Under the pieces are notes generated by a model that did not search any database, was not told the origin of the DNA, and saw only the letters and a list, made by a program, of their open reading frames with translations. From NCBI GenBank assembly GCA_016219015.1, contig JACRCL010000032.1:26588-90587 (forward strand): a stretch of 64,000 nucleotides of DNA. Reading direction: 5' to 3'. The position numbers and the translations under genes were made by a program. Source of the DNA: Deltaproteobacteria bacterium. Its GTDB lineage: Bacteria > Desulfobacterota > GWC2-55-46. Every line of letters begins with the position of its first letter. Within the stretch, counting starts at the first letter, position 1. Below, one piece after another: positions 39,604 to 48,780 of this stretch.

Positions 39604-42600
39604 ATGATAAGGCCTCGCAACAGTTCTTCGGTTCATCTCAGGGAAAAAGGGTTCTCGCTCATAGAGATGCTCATAGCCATCTTCATTACCGGGGTGGTGG
39701 CGGTATCCCTTTACTCGGTCTATAACATATTCTTCCGGCAGTCGAGCACGCAGGACATGGTCCTCGAGGCGCAGCAGAACGCGAGGGTCGCTATCAACCT
39801 GATGGAGAGGGAGCTCATAAACGCGGGCTACGCCTCGGCCACCCCGGACATAATAACGGTCGCCAACCCGAGCGAGATAGAGTTCATCTATACCGACCCG
39901 GCTACCGACAACAACATAAGCCCCACGGCCGGGAAAAGGCTCAAGGTCAAATACGCCCTCCAGACCACCGGCGGCATCCAGTACCTTACCCGCAAGGCCG
40001 ACAACCTCACCGAAGCCACGACCGGCAACACCGAGAAGGTCATCCCTTACGTCGACAGCCTCGCCTTCGGCTACTTCGAGAGGGAAGGGGAGACGGCCAC
40101 CACCACGACCCAGAACGACAGGAACGAGATAAAGTTCATAACCGTAACCCTCCAGACAAGGACAAAGAGCAACGCCCCCGGCACCTCAAGCCCCAAGACC
40201 TTCAAGGTGGAGACCCATATAAGGCTCAGGAACATCGGGGTGGGGCAGACGGGCCTCGACACCTCCCCTCCGTCCGCGCCCACGGGCCTTCAGGTCAGGG
40301 ACCCCGGCGTATGCGGCAGGCTCAAGGTGAAATGGACCAAGAACACCGAGGGCGACATCTCGGGCTATAAGATATACTACGGCACTGCCTCGGGCAATTA
40401 TACGGGCGTCATAAACGTCCCGATGGCGGTCCTTGCCGGTTCTACATACAGCTGCACCGAGGCCGGCTCATCGATAGAGTGCTCCATATTCCCATCGAGC
40501 CCGACCCTCGGCTACGTGGCCTCCAACGCCGCTGCCGGCACCGAGACGGTCTACTATGTCGCCGCGAAGGCCTACGACAATTCTCTAAACCACAGCTCGT
40601 TCTCAGGCGAGGTGAGCGGCAACCCCGCCACCAGCAACGCCGTTTTCGACGCAGGCGCTGACGACAGCACGATAAACCCGGAAAAGCCCGCTGCCGTAGC
40701 CGGGCTTACCGCTGCAGACGGGGCAGCCGACGGGCAGGTAAACCTTAGCTGGACGGCTTACGATTATACGACCGCCAACCCCGGGGTCGTCGGCTTCAGG
40801 GTCTACAGGTCCGCTAACCCGTTCGCGTCGTACCCCATAGAGCCGGGCGCGGGGATAGAATGGATAGCCGGAGAGCCGGGCAGCGGCATGCCCGAGATAA
40901 GCTCCTCGGCCACCGCCTACACGGACCCGGGCCCAGGACTTGTCGGGTGCAGGAAGTACTACTACGCCATAGCGCCGGTCAACTGCGACCCGACGCTTAT
41001 AACCGATAACGGCGGCGACCCTGATTCGAAGAAGTACCTCCAGGCCGAATACAACGCCACATGCGGCGACGGCGTAGCGGCCTGCTCTCCTGGCTCCGGC
41101 TTCGCCTCCGTGACAGGCTCGGATACCGCGCCCAGAAAGACCACCGTGCCGTCAGCCCCGACCATAAACGCGAGGGCCGGGTGGAAGAGGGTCGCGCTGT
41201 CGCTTACGCAGCCGGCTGATACGGACCTCGACCAGACATGCGTCTATGAGAACGACAGCGCGTCTTACCCGGAGCTTCTTACCGATACTACGAGCTATCC
41301 GAAGGTGAGCAAGTGCTACCAGGCTAATATCACGGTAACGCCTGACGCGAGGCTTGTCCCGGACTCCGGCGGCATATTCACCTCCACCGAGGTAGCGCCG
41401 TCGCAGTCCACATCTTTCTGGCATGATTCGATGACCTTGGAGAACCCCGGCACGCCGTCGCTGGCCGAAACGGGGACGTATTCGTACAGGGCCGTCTCCT
41501 TCGACCTCTGCGGCAACGGCTCGGCGCCCTCGGCGGCGCAGGCCACGACCATACTCTGCGGCGAGGACCCGTCCACCGGAGAAAAGCCCCCGGCGGTAAC
41601 GGCTGCGCAGTTCTCGAACTGCGACTCCCCGGCAGGGCTCACGTGGACGGCCGTTTCAAGCGACACGGCCTTCCCCTCCTCGCCGGACAACCCCTACGAC
41701 CTCGCCGGGTACAGGGTCTTCAGGGCCACAAGCCCGGTCTTCACGACGTCGACGATGGTATCCGGAGCGGCCCCCTTCTGGGGCACCTCGTATAACGATA
41801 CGACTATAACCGAGGGAGGGACTTACTATTACAGGGTCGTATCGACGGACTGCCCGTATGAGCGCGTAGACCCCTCGGAGGCCGTAATAAAGACCGACAT
41901 GGTCAATAACGTGCTCCATTCGGCCCTCCTTGGCCCCGTCAAGCCTGGCAGGATAGACAGGGACTTGAAGTGCGAGGACACGGTAGGGGCCGTTGACAGC
42001 GTATGCAACAAGGCCAACCCGCAGCACAGGGAGATACTGACCGGCGTTTCCATGAACAACTCAAGCGGCACCGGCAACGGAAGCAGCACGCCGGGGACGT
42101 CCTTTACGCATAACGCCATAACGATGTTTTTCAACAACACCAGCGCCGGGACGATGACGATAACCGGCGCAACGGTGAACTGGGTGAACTCGGCCGCCTT
42201 CCTGAGGGAAGTAAAGATAGGCGGCGGCAGGAGCGGCGTCGGGCAGACGTCGACGAACATCCCGCAGGCCTCCACCGTAGCCTCCGGCACTTCTCCTTAC
42301 ACGAGCATGGTGTCGAACGTGACGCTTACGAGCGCGCAGATACCGGCGGGCGCGCGCTATGTGCCGGTAAAGTTCGAGTTCAAGGACTCCGGCGGCACGA
42401 GCGCGGTGGACATGAGGGACGACCAGCTCCTTGTAACGCTCCAGGTCACCAACGACACGAGCGGGACAACGACGTGCGCCGCTTACCTGACAATATCACA
42501 GGTGCAGGAGGGCATAATCGTCCCCTTCGGGCCGTCTGTCTCGGCCACACAGCAGAACCAGCCCGCCAGCCCGACCTTCAGCTACGCGGTTCCGGGCTCG

Positions 42601-44001
42601 ACCGGGCTTAACAGCGTGCCGAACGGCTCGAACGGGTCGATAGTGGCCGGCTCAGGCACGACCGTCACGGTCTCGGCGAGCGTTCTGAGCAACACCACCG
42701 ACGAGGCCACGGGCTCCAAGATAGCCATATCTACGGCGAAGCTCTATTACAAGGCGACCGACAAGACGACCACTACGCCGCCAACGTCCGGCTTTACCGA
42801 GGTCACGATGACCCGGAGCGGCAACATCTGGTCCGGGAACATACCCGCCGAGGACGGCGAGAGGGTCTGGTACTACATAGTGGCCACCGACGCGGACGGG
42901 AACTGGGACAGGGACCCGGAGATAGCCGACGGCGCGTACGTCTACGACCAGGACAACTTCGACGCCTGCAACGTCACGCCCAACCCGCCGACGAACCTGA
43001 CGGCCACGCCGAGCGGCGCGAGCACCATAAACCTCGCATGGACCGCGACCGCAACATATACGAACGGGGCTGCGATAAACCCCTCGGACTCCATCGTATA
43101 CAGGATATCCCGGACGCCTGTATTCGCCACCCAGCCCGCGGACCAGGCCGGCACGACCTACTCCAACACCGGGCTTGCGGCGGGCGTCTACAGCTACACG
43201 GTAAAGGCAAAGAACTCGTGCTCCACCTCCGAGAGGATAAGCGCTAATTCCAATACGGCCGCTTCCTGCGTGGGCAACACGGCGCAGGCGACGCTGTCGG
43301 TAGATAAGACTCAGCTTTACAGGGGCGACAGCTATACGGTCACAATAGTCGACTGCTACGCCATGAGGACGGACATACCCGTAACGCCCCCGACCTACGG
43401 CGCGAGCATACAGACCGTAAACGGCGCGGACGCGAACTTCAACGGTTTCACCAACACGAGCACCGCGCCCGGGTCTTACAGCCCGTCGTTCGACGAGACG
43501 GGCGCTGCCACCGGCACCTTCGTAAAGACCATAACGACCACGAGCGACGCTACGGACTCCACAAAGCTCCTCGTGCTGCCGACGGACACGATAACGGTGA
43601 CCTATCCGTTCGCGACCCCGGCAACCAAGACAGTAAGCGTGATAGTCGACCCGTGCACCACTACGCCCAAGGCTCCGACCGCGCTCACCGGCTCCACGAC
43701 CGGCCAGAACATAACGGTATCGTGGACAGGGGTTACGCAGAACACCGACAACTCCGCCATAACGGACCTCGCCGGGTACAGGATATACGAGAAGGTCTGC
43801 GCCAACGGCAAGCCTAACTGCACGGGCTCCGACATAGTGGCCGACTGGTTCCTGAGGACGAGCGTGACAGGGGCGGTCACCAAGACCGTGGACGCCGACC
43901 AGGGCAACCTGAGCCAGAGGATATACTACTTCAAGGTGACGGCCTACGACACGTGCTCCACGCCAAAAGAGAGCGCGTACTCGAACACGTGGAACGAATA
44001 G
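39604..44001 (+). CDS. Giant PilW-like minor pilin with multiple fibronectin type III-like modules
   Basis: KG|FSLIEML; AQQNARVAINLMERELINAGY; pilin domain ends IRLRN (~aa 210), then repeated P-x-x-P...W...GYRIY...YY modules. Confidence 0.82.
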   Translation: MIRPRNSSSVHLREKGFSLIEMLIAIFITGVVAVSLYSVYNIFFRQSSTQDMVLEAQQNARVAINLMERELINAGYASATPDIITVANPSEIEFIYTDPATDNNISPTAGKRLKVKYALQTTGGIQYLTRKADNLTEATTGNTEKVIPYVDSLAFGYFEREGETATTTTQNDRNEIKFITVTLQTRTKSNAPGTSSPKTFKVETHIRLRNIGVGQTGLDTSPPSAPTGLQVRDPGVCGRLKVKWTKNTEGDISGYKIYYGTASGNYTGVINVPMAVLAGSTYSCTEAGSSIECSIFPSSPTLGYVASNAAAGTETVYYVAAKAYDNSLNHSSFSGEVSGNPATSNAVFDAGADDSTINPEKPAAVAGLTAADGAADGQVNLSWTAYDYTTANPGVVGFRVYRSANPFASYPIEPGAGIEWIAGEPGSGMPEISSSATAYTDPGPGLVGCRKYYYAIAPVNCDPTLITDNGGDPDSKKYLQAEYNATCGDGVAACSPGSGFASVTGSDTAPRKTTVPSAPTINARAGWKRVALSLTQPADTDLDQTCVYENDSASYPELLTDTTSYPKVSKCYQANITVTPDARLVPDSGGIFTSTEVAPSQSTSFWHDSMTLENPGTPSLAETGTYSYRAVSFDLCGNGSAPSAAQATTILCGEDPSTGEKPPAVTAAQFSNCDSPAGLTWTAVSSDTAFPSSPDNPYDLAGYRVFRATSPVFTTSTMVSGAAPFWGTSYNDTTITEGGTYYYRVVSTDCPYERVDPSEAVIKTDMVNNVLHSALLGPVKPGRIDRDLKCEDTVGAVDSVCNKANPQHREILTGVSMNNSSGTGNGSSTPGTSFTHNAITMFFNNTSAGTMTITGATVNWVNSAAFLREVKIGGGRSGVGQTSTNIPQASTVASGTSPYTSMVSNVTLTSAQIPAGARYVPVKFEFKDSGGTSAVDMRDDQLLVTLQVTNDTSGTTTCAAYLTISQVQEGIIVPFGPSVSATQQNQPASPTFSYAVPGSTGLNSVPNGSNGSIVAGSGTTVTVSASVLSNTTDEATGSKIAISTAKLYYKATDKTTTTPPTSGFTEVTMTRSGNIWSGNIPAEDGERVWYYIVATDADGNWDRDPEIADGAYVYDQDNFDACNVTPNPPTNLTATPSGASTINLAWTATATYTNGAAINPSDSIVYRISRTPVFATQPADQAGTTYSNTGLAAGVYSYTVKAKNSCSTSERISANSNTAASCVGNTAQATLSVDKTQLYRGDSYTVTIVDCYAMRTDIPVTPPTYGASIQTVNGADANFNGFTNTSTAPGSYSPSFDETGAATGTFVKTITTTSDATDSTKLLVLPTDTITVTYPFATPATKTVSVIVDPCTTTPKAPTALTGSTTGQNITVSWTGVTQNTDNSAITDLAGYRIYEKVCANGKPNCTGSDIVADWFLRTSVTGAVTKTVDADQGNLSQRIYYFKVTAYDTCSTPKESAYSNTWNE

Positions 44002-44023
44002 CCCTTAATGGAAAGGCGGCGTC

Positions 44024-45283
44024 ATGAAGGCTATGGACAAATTAAAGAGCGATAAGGGCTTCATCCTCATACTCGCGCTCGTGACCATGCTCGCGATGAC
44101 CCTCATCGGCATAAGCGTGGTCATGAACATGACGACCGACCTGGGACTTTCCCGGAACGAGCGCGAGGCCAAGCTCGCCACGCAATTGGCCGAGTCCGGG
44201 ATAAACGAGGCGATATCCCGCCTCCACCTCGCCAAAGTGAAGGCGCGCTACGTCGGGGAGGATACCGGGGATGCCGGCTACAGGGCCACCGGATGGAACT
44301 CGGACGATTCCAAGAACTTCGGCTACAACGGGAGCGCCGACAGGAGGAGCGCCGACAACCTCAAATACTCGGTCGACATAAAGTACCTCGACGAGACTAA
44401 CACCGAGGGCTTCTGCGACAGCAACAACAACGTAAGCCCGAACACCTCTTTAAACTCATCCACCTACCCGGCGGCATGGACGTGCGACAACGCCACGCCC
44501 GAGATAGTCATGTTCGGCCGGGACTTCAAGATGAACGACACTCTTACGAAGATAAGCTACGGCAAGCTCCCGGTCTACAGGATAACCTCCACCGGCACCT
44601 CGAACGACACGACGAAGACGATCATAGCCTACGTGGGCGCGAGCAACCTCAATACCGACACCGACTCCGCCATAAACACCAACGGGTGCGTGAACATCAA
44701 CGGCGGGTCTACCACGATAAGCGGAGGGGTGAAGGAGGCGGGCACCGGCGGTTGCACCACCTGCAACGACGGTATCTCCTGCAACACGAAGTCGTCCGAC
44801 GACTTGCAGACCTACCTCGGGATGGAACTGACCGAGGTGATAAACATGGCCAACGAGAAGCACAAGTGCAAGAACATCACCTGCAGCGCCGCGGGCGACG
44901 ACATCCCGTCGAGCGGCAAGATAGATACCGTGGTGACCGACTGGGGCGACTACGCGGGCAACTCATACTCGACCATGATATACATCGACAACTCCGGCGG
45001 CAAGGAGGTCGAGATTTCGGGCAATTTCCAGGGCAGGGGCATCCTTATCGTGACGGGGGACCTGAAGCTTTCCGGCACGCTTGCCTACGAGGGCCTCATC
45101 TATGTCTTAGGCAATCTCACCATAAGCGGCGGCGGCAGCGACCTTAACGTCACGGGGGGGGTCATGGCCAGCAACACCGTGGGCCTGAACGGCAACGTCT
45201 CCGTCACCTACGACCAGCAGACGCTCCTGGACGTGTCCAAGGAGAACTCCACCTCGGCCGTAATCCTCTGGAAAAGGCTTTGA
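44024..45283 (+). CDS. pilX: Minor pilin PilX-like
   Basis: KG|FILILAL without Glu5; LAESGINEA; YRITSTG; Gly-rich beta-repeat C-terminus. Confidence 0.8.
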   Translation: MKAMDKLKSDKGFILILALVTMLAMTLIGISVVMNMTTDLGLSRNEREAKLATQLAESGINEAISRLHLAKVKARYVGEDTGDAGYRATGWNSDDSKNFGYNGSADRRSADNLKYSVDIKYLDETNTEGFCDSNNNVSPNTSLNSSTYPAAWTCDNATPEIVMFGRDFKMNDTLTKISYGKLPVYRITSTGTSNDTTKTIIAYVGASNLNTDTDSAINTNGCVNINGGSTTISGGVKEAGTGGCTTCNDGISCNTKSSDDLQTYLGMELTEVINMANEKHKCKNITCSAAGDDIPSSGKIDTVVTDWGDYAGNSYSTMIYIDNSGGKEVEISGNFQGRGILIVTGDLKLSGTLAYEGLIYVLGNLTISGGGSDLNVTGGVMASNTVGLNGNVSVTYDQQTLLDVSKENSTSAVILWKRL

Positions 45284-45294
45284 GCCGGGAAGTT

Positions 45295-45510
45295 CCCTGT
45301 GGTTTGCCGCGGGGTTCCCTGTAAAACCCCTCCCCCTTGACGGGGGAGGGTAGGGTGGGGGTGAAATGGGTTGTCGGTTTACGGTTATCGGTTATCAGCA
45401 GATAACGGACAACCGATAACTGATAACTTTCAAAAAAAACTCACCCTCCCCTCAGTCCCCTCCCGTCAGGGAGGGGAGATTAAGTAGATACCCCGGGGCT
45501 TGCTCCGGGG
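45295..45510. repeat. Three-layer nested palindromic repeat
   Basis: Outer hairpins at 45295-45314 and 45491-45510; family-D arms at 45327-45364 and 45441-45477; inner inverted heptamer arrays at 45369-45428. Confidence 0.8.
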
Positions 45511-45598
45511 GGGCATAATAAAACTTTTCAGATTTTCCTAAATTTTTTTTTTGCCCGTCCGATATTATATATAATTATGTATCAATTAAAAAAATAGA

Positions 45599-45627
45599 TT
45601 GACATTTAAACCATATTGGAATAGATT
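45599..45627 (+). promoter_or_regulatory. sigma70 promoter for HTH-pilMNOPQ
   Basis: TTGACA-17 nt-TAGATT in an AT-rich region. Confidence 0.65.
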
Positions 45628-45717
45628 TCAATCAACTATCCTGAAAGCAGGCATAAGTTTGAGTAAAATAGCTGAAATTCCGGTAAATTCCCGTTATGTG
45701 ACTTTGGTGCTTGTTTT

Positions 45718-45915
45718 ATGAACAGAAATAATCTAAAAAAGGTAAGAGAGAACATGCTCCTCTCGAAATCCGAGCTGGCTCGGAAGGCCGGTATCTCGCC
45801 TCTGACGATAGACAGGATAGAGAAGGGCTACCCGTGCAGGGTCGACACCAAGAGGAAGATCCTCCAGGCGCTGGGGCTCAGGGTAACCGATAAGGGGAAG
45901 GTATTCACGGAGTAA
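45718..45915 (+). CDS. Small XRE/Cro HTH protein upstream of pilM
   Basis: LSKSELARKAGISPLTIDRIEKG. Confidence 0.85.
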   Translation: MNRNNLKKVRENMLLSKSELARKAGISPLTIDRIEKGYPCRVDTKRKILQALGLRVTDKGKVFTE

Positions 45916-45924
45916 CGGGGGTTT

Positions 45925-46995
45925 ATGAATTTAGAGATGCCTTTTCTAAGGAAGAAAGACTCTGTCGCCTTTGACATAGGGTCCAGTTCCATAAAGCTCG
46001 TCCAGATGAACCGCACCAAGAGGGGTTGGGAGCTTGTAAAGCTCGGGGCCGCGGAACTGCCTCCCGAGGCCATCGTCGACGGCTCGATAATAGACTCCAT
46101 GACCGTGACCAACACCTTGAAGGACCTCATCAAGGAGCATAACGTAAAGGTCAAGGACGCGGTATCCTCCCTTACGGGCCACTCGGTCATCATAAAGAAG
46201 GTCAGCTTCCCCGCCATGACGGAGGAGGAACTGGCTGACTCCATCCAGTGGGAGGCCGAGCAGTACATCCCGTTCCCGATAACCGACGTAAACATAGATT
46301 TCCAGATACTCGGCGCCGACACCGAGGGCAGGGGCCAGATGGACGTTATGCTGGTGGCCGTGAAAAAGGACGTCATAAACGACTACACGAACGTCATCAA
46401 GGAAGCGGGCCTGAACCCGGTCGTCATAGACGTCGATTCCTTCGCGCTCGAAAACATGATGGAGATAAACTACCCCATGACCCCCGGCGAGAACCTCGCC
46501 ATGGTGAACGTGGGCGCCTCGATAACCTCCATAAGCGTCATACTCGGCGGCCTCACCATCTTCACGAGGTCCATACCCATGGGCGGCAACCAGTTCACGG
46601 AAGAGATACAGAGGCAGATGAACATAAGCTTCAAGGAGGCCGAGGAGCTGAAGACCGGCAAAAAGGCCGGCTCGGCCGAGGCGAACTCGATGCCCTACGC
46701 GATAGACACCGTGTCCACGAACCTCACCTTCGAGGTGAAAAGGTCGCTGGACTTCTTCCTCGGCGGCAGCCAGGGCTCCTACGTGAACAAGATATACTTG
46801 AGCGGCGGCGGGTCCAAGATAACGGGTCTTCAGAACCTCATGCAGGAGAAGACCTCGATACCGGTGGAGACCGTCAACCCCTTCAAGAACGTAGAGGCGA
46901 GCCCCAAGCAATTCGATAAGGAGAAGTTGAAGGAAATGGCGCCTCTTTTCGGCGTGGCCGTGGGCCTGGCCACGAGGAGGTTCGCCGACAGATGA
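45925..46995 (+). CDS. pilM: Type IV pilus assembly protein PilM
   Basis: DIGSSSIK, EAEQYIPF, LSGGGS, VAVGLA. Confidence 0.95.
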   Translation: MNLEMPFLRKKDSVAFDIGSSSIKLVQMNRTKRGWELVKLGAAELPPEAIVDGSIIDSMTVTNTLKDLIKEHNVKVKDAVSSLTGHSVIIKKVSFPAMTEEELADSIQWEAEQYIPFPITDVNIDFQILGADTEGRGQMDVMLVAVKKDVINDYTNVIKEAGLNPVVIDVDSFALENMMEINYPMTPGENLAMVNVGASITSISVILGGLTIFTRSIPMGGNQFTEEIQRQMNISFKEAEELKTGKKAGSAEANSMPYAIDTVSTNLTFEVKRSLDFFLGGSQGSYVNKIYLSGGGSKITGLQNLMQEKTSIPVETVNPFKNVEASPKQFDKEKLKEMAPLFGVAVGLATRRFADR

Positions 46996-47564
46996 TACGC
47001 ATAAACCTCCTGCCCGTAAGGGCCGCCAAGAAAAAAGAGTCCATGAGGTTCCAGGTCACGGTAGCCGGCCTCATCACCTTCTTCGTCTTCGCCGTCTCCA
47101 TGGTCGCTTATTTCACCGTGAGGGGCGAGGCCAACTCCTTAAGCGACCAAATTTCGCGCGGGAACCAGGAGATAGAGGAGCTCAAGAAAAAGATAGGCGA
47201 GCTCTCAAAGATAAAAGAGCAGAAGAGGATAGTCGAGGAAAAACTCAAGATAATAACCGACCTCGAGGCCGCGCGCACCGGCCCGGTGAAGCTCTTCAAG
47301 AGGATCAGCGGGGCCATCCCGGAGAAGGCCTGGCTCCAGTCCATGAAGGACGACGGCTCGCTCGTGGTGTTGAAGGGCTACGCCGCCGACGACGAGATCG
47401 TGGCGGACTTCATGCGGGGCCTCCAGAAGAACAGGGAGCTCGGCAGCGTGGAGCTCGAGATAGCGCAGAGGATGATGGAGAAGGAAACCGGCATGGAGCT
47501 CGTGAGCTTCACCATAAGGCTTGAGAAGGAAAAGGAGAGGCCCGTACAGAGGGAGAAGAAGTAG
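46992..47564 (+). CDS. pilN: PilN
   Basis: MIRINLLP, TM, coiled coil. Confidence 0.93.
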   Translation: MIRINLLPVRAAKKKESMRFQVTVAGLITFFVFAVSMVAYFTVRGEANSLSDQISRGNQEIEELKKKIGELSKIKEQKRIVEEKLKIITDLEAARTGPVKLFKRISGAIPEKAWLQSMKDDGSLVVLKGYAADDEIVADFMRGLQKNRELGSVELEIAQRMMEKETGMELVSFTIRLEKEKERPVQREKK

Positions 47565-48185
47565 ATGGCGATACCCCTGAAGATAAACCTTGACTCGGTG
47601 ATAAAGCTCCCGCTGCCCAAGAGGATAATGATCCTCGCGGCGGTGAACATCGTCATAGTCGGCGCGGTCTACTGGTTCCTCATAGGCCCCAAATACACCG
47701 AGGTTAAGGGCCTCCGTGGACAGCTCCAGGAGTTGAACGTAAAGCTCACGGAGAACAGGCTGATTGCCGCCGACATACCGAAATACATCCACGACAAAGA
47801 GGAGATGGAAGACAAGCTCAGGAACGCGGTCGCCCAGCTCCCTAACGAGAAGGAGATACCCGACCTTATCGACAGCATCAGCAGCGCCGGAGAGAAGTCG
47901 GGCCTCAAGATACTCATCTTCAAGCCCGGCAAGGAGGTCAAGAAGGGCTTCTACGCGGAGGTCCCGGTGAGCATGTCCGTCGAGGGCAAGTTCGAGAGCC
48001 TCTACGACTTCAGCGACAAGGTCGGGCATTTCCCGAGAATAGTAAACATATCCGGGATGGACATATTATCCACCGGCCACAGGAACAGGGTGCCGGTGCT
48101 GAAGGCAAGCTTCACCGCCACTACCTTCAGGTTCATACCGGCCCCTCCCGAGGGAGCGCAAGCGCAAGGAGCGCCTAAAAAATAA
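47565..48185 (+). CDS. pilO: PilO
   Basis: LPNEKEIPDL, FYAEVPV, PRIVNI. Confidence 0.93.
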   Translation: MAIPLKINLDSVIKLPLPKRIMILAAVNIVIVGAVYWFLIGPKYTEVKGLRGQLQELNVKLTENRLIAADIPKYIHDKEEMEDKLRNAVAQLPNEKEIPDLIDSISSAGEKSGLKILIFKPGKEVKKGFYAEVPVSMSVEGKFESLYDFSDKVGHFPRIVNISGMDILSTGHRNRVPVLKASFTATTFRFIPAPPEGAQAQGAPKK

Positions 48186-48715
48186 TGGCAAGGACTTTTA
48201 AGATAACGGCCCTGGCAGTCCTGGTCCCTCTCGTCTTTCTCTCGTGCAAAAAGCAGGAGCAGCCCTCGCCCCCGCCGCCCGTGAAGAAGGCCCCGGCGGC
48301 CCAGAGCGCGCCCGCGGTCCCGGCCGGCGGCGCGGATACCTCGGCCCCGGCGGACTCGACGACCGACGCGAGGAACCGTAACCCGTTCCTGAGCCATATA
48401 CTCCTTATGAAAGGGATTGAAGGGCCCAGGAAGATGAAAGGGCCGATAGAATGCTGCGACCTTACCCTTTTCAGGCTCGTCGCGGTGGTGGCAAGCCCGG
48501 AGAGCTCCTTCGCGCTCGTGCAGGCCCCTGACGGCAAGAGGTACGTCGTGAAGAAAGGGGACCTCATAGGGTCGAGGGAAGGCAGGATATCAAGGATCGA
48601 GCAGAGGTCGATAACGGTAAGGGAATACAACAAGGACGAGAACGGCAAGGTCGTCTCTTCCGAGGATATAGAGCTAAAGATACCGACCGAGAAGGAATCC
48701 CCCCAGAAGCGCTAA
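48185..48715 (+). CDS. pilP: PilP lipoprotein
   Basis: Lipobox FLSC; RNPF; ALVQAPDG..VKKGDLIG. Confidence 0.9.
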   Translation: MARTFKITALAVLVPLVFLSCKKQEQPSPPPPVKKAPAAQSAPAVPAGGADTSAPADSTTDARNRNPFLSHILLMKGIEGPRKMKGPIECCDLTLFRLVAVVASPESSFALVQAPDGKRYVVKKGDLIGSREGRISRIEQRSITVREYNKDENGKVVSSEDIELKIPTEKESPQKR

Positions 48716-48780
48716 AGGCGCTTCCGGTTTTTTTGCCCGTTGATTTGCCAATCAAGCGATTGAGATTGCAGGAGGTCTCT

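Noticed and set aside
39604..45283. Cys-rich pilins as multiheme cytochromes or nanowires
   Set aside because: No CxxCH motifs; the Cys pattern fits disulfides
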